A DNA stretch of 32,000 bases from Candidatus Saccharimonadota bacterium (GTDB lineage: Bacteria; Patescibacteriota; Gracilibacteria; BD1-5; UBA2023): the NCBI GenBank assembly GCA_046350815.1, contig JAXLZO010000001.1, positions 1,050,001 through 1,082,000 of the forward strand, read 5' to 3'. A program made the translations under genes and the position numbers. The notes below the pieces were generated by a model. That model saw only the letters and a program-made list of their open reading frames with translations, was not told where the DNA came from and did not search any database. This document shows positions 30,847 through 32,000 of the stretch, one piece after another (within the stretch, counting starts at the first letter, position 1; every line of letters begins with the position of its first letter).

Positions 30847-31476
30847 TTAAGATTGAATCTTTGAATTCCCCTGAATTCGTACTAAGAAGACAATAGCGAT
30901 AACGCACGCAAATGCAAGTAGCACAAGGCCAGTATATTTAATATATTCCTCAGCAATTTCCATCATGTGAGGCCCATATTTTCATCCCATATACCCGATG
31001 ATCGCAAGGACAGTACACCAGATTCACGCTCCAGCAACCGTCGCGATAGTAAAATTTCTTGGTGACATCAGAAATACTCATGCAGGAAGAGAAATGAGAT
31101 GTCGCACGACTGGAATAAGACGGCCAAGAAATGTATAGAGTATACTATTTTTGAGAAAGAGCTTTTCGGCTCGCCTGTATTTTATCTCAGTAATGCCAAG
31201 GTATTTACCAAATTTGAGAATAGCAGGAATACCAACAAATGAAGCAAGAAGATAATTTGCACACGCTCCAACAAGACTTCCAAAAGTTCCACTCGCAACA
31301 ATAATCCAAAGGGGAATTCCAGAATTATAAGCAATTACTCATGCAGGAATCATAACCAGTTCGGACGGCACAGGAAAGAGAGAAGACTCCAGTGCCATGA
31401 AAAAAAATATCGCCATTATCAAAATTTCATTCTGACCGGCGAAAGAATTAATGAGAATATTGAGTTCGTGAAACAT
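30847..31476 (-). CDS. dedA: DedA/SNARE-associated family membrane protein
   Basis: ATG 31476 to TAA 30849-30847 with four in-frame TGAs, so it is absent from the track. Family signatures: ESSLFPVPSELVMIPAG, GRLIPVVRHLISLPAG. Confidence 0.8.
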
Positions 31477-31482
31477 AAAAAA

Positions 31483-32000
31483 CTAGAGATGAAACATTCG
31501 TGCCAATCGCAAAAGAGGAGCTACTAAAAAACGGTCGTACGCTCTATTGTAACGATGAGTAAGACTATGTACAAAGAAAGCAACCATCATACCGATGATC
31601 CATCATGCAATAATATCCGATGGATAATGAATACCTGCTATAACACGTACTACACACATATCCAAGCCAATGAATCAGACCAAAATAGTCAGCCAACGAC
31701 GCTCAAAAATAACCGCTGCCGCAATCATCGATGCGGCAGCAAAAGCTGCATGTCCCGATGGAAAAGAGTTATCAGGAGTATGATCGATTAGTGGAGCTAT
31801 TCCTGGAACAATTACCTCTGGACGTGGACGCTCTGGAAGAAATTGATTGAAAATAGCATATACAAGAAAAACACTCACGATCATAAAAAATCATTTCAGT
31901 GCCTCTCGGCGATACACATCGGACCGATGGTACACCCCCAAGAGCCACCAAATCAATAAAGATAATGCCACAGCAAACACTGGAAGATCAGCATAAATAC
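31483..32000 (-). CDS. PAP2-family phosphatase (undecaprenyl-diphosphatase/PgpB-like), 5' end outside window
   Basis: The frame is open from the window edge to TAG 31485-31483 with TGAs read as Gly, and it contains track ORF 31675-31884. PAP2 motifs: SFPSGHAA, RVIAGIHYPSDIIAGG. Confidence 0.8.

Noticed and set aside
30566-30907. 113-aa minus-strand track ORF
   Set aside because: It is out of frame with the bcp peroxiredoxin, whose table-25 frame carries the YFYPKDNTPGCT motif, and it bridges the bcp-dedA gap.
1-32000. Alternative reading of UGA as Trp (code 4, Mycoplasma/Spiroplasma-like)
   Set aside because: Every UGA that can be placed in a conserved motif sits on an invariant Gly (Walker A GPTGSGKS, GSSGGPL, DIGTGGGFPG, CxxCG, DGWGAY). 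None sits on a conserved Trp, and TGG is used normally for Trp.
1-32000. CRISPR arrays or rRNA genes
   Set aside because: No regularly spaced direct repeats and no rRNA-like conserved stretches were seen anywhere in the window.

Overview
AT-rich bacterial chromosomal segment that is only interpretable if UGA is read as glycine (genetic code 25, i.e. a Gracilibacteria/BD1-5 or Absconditabacteria/SR1-type Candidate Phyla Radiation genome). The supplied standard-code ORF track is therefore systematically fragmented. After manual retranslation with TGA=Gly nearly every fragment fuses into a normal full-length gene. In window order: an hsdS 3' end, two small orphan ORFs in a GC-rich patch, and a secreted Asn/Tyr-rich protein. 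Then a minus-strand type IV pilus-like operon (two bitopic membrane proteins, PilB-like ATPase, PilC-like platform) and an exonuclease-DinG helicase fusion. Next is a roughly 1059-codon glycine-zipper protein cleanly split by an intact 753-bp IS1595-family element, followed by rsmG, NfeD and an SPFH/stomatin protein. The strand then switches to yvcK, a small membrane protein, dnaB, a Cys-repeat membrane protein and two very large secreted surface proteins (845 and 875 aa). The window ends with a membrane-anchored trypsin-like protease, two tRNA-Ser genes, sanA, a GNAT/FemAB-like protein, a small orphan, nusA, bcp, dedA and a PAP2 phosphatase (5' end outside the window). Unexplained structure: a family of repeated, apparently non-coding and hairpin-rich elements in four intergenic regions (near 2.7 kb, 10.3-10.5 kb, 22.7-23.0 kb and 26.9 kb). 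No CRISPR array and no rRNA were seen. All functional calls come from motif recognition by eye; no database search was possible.
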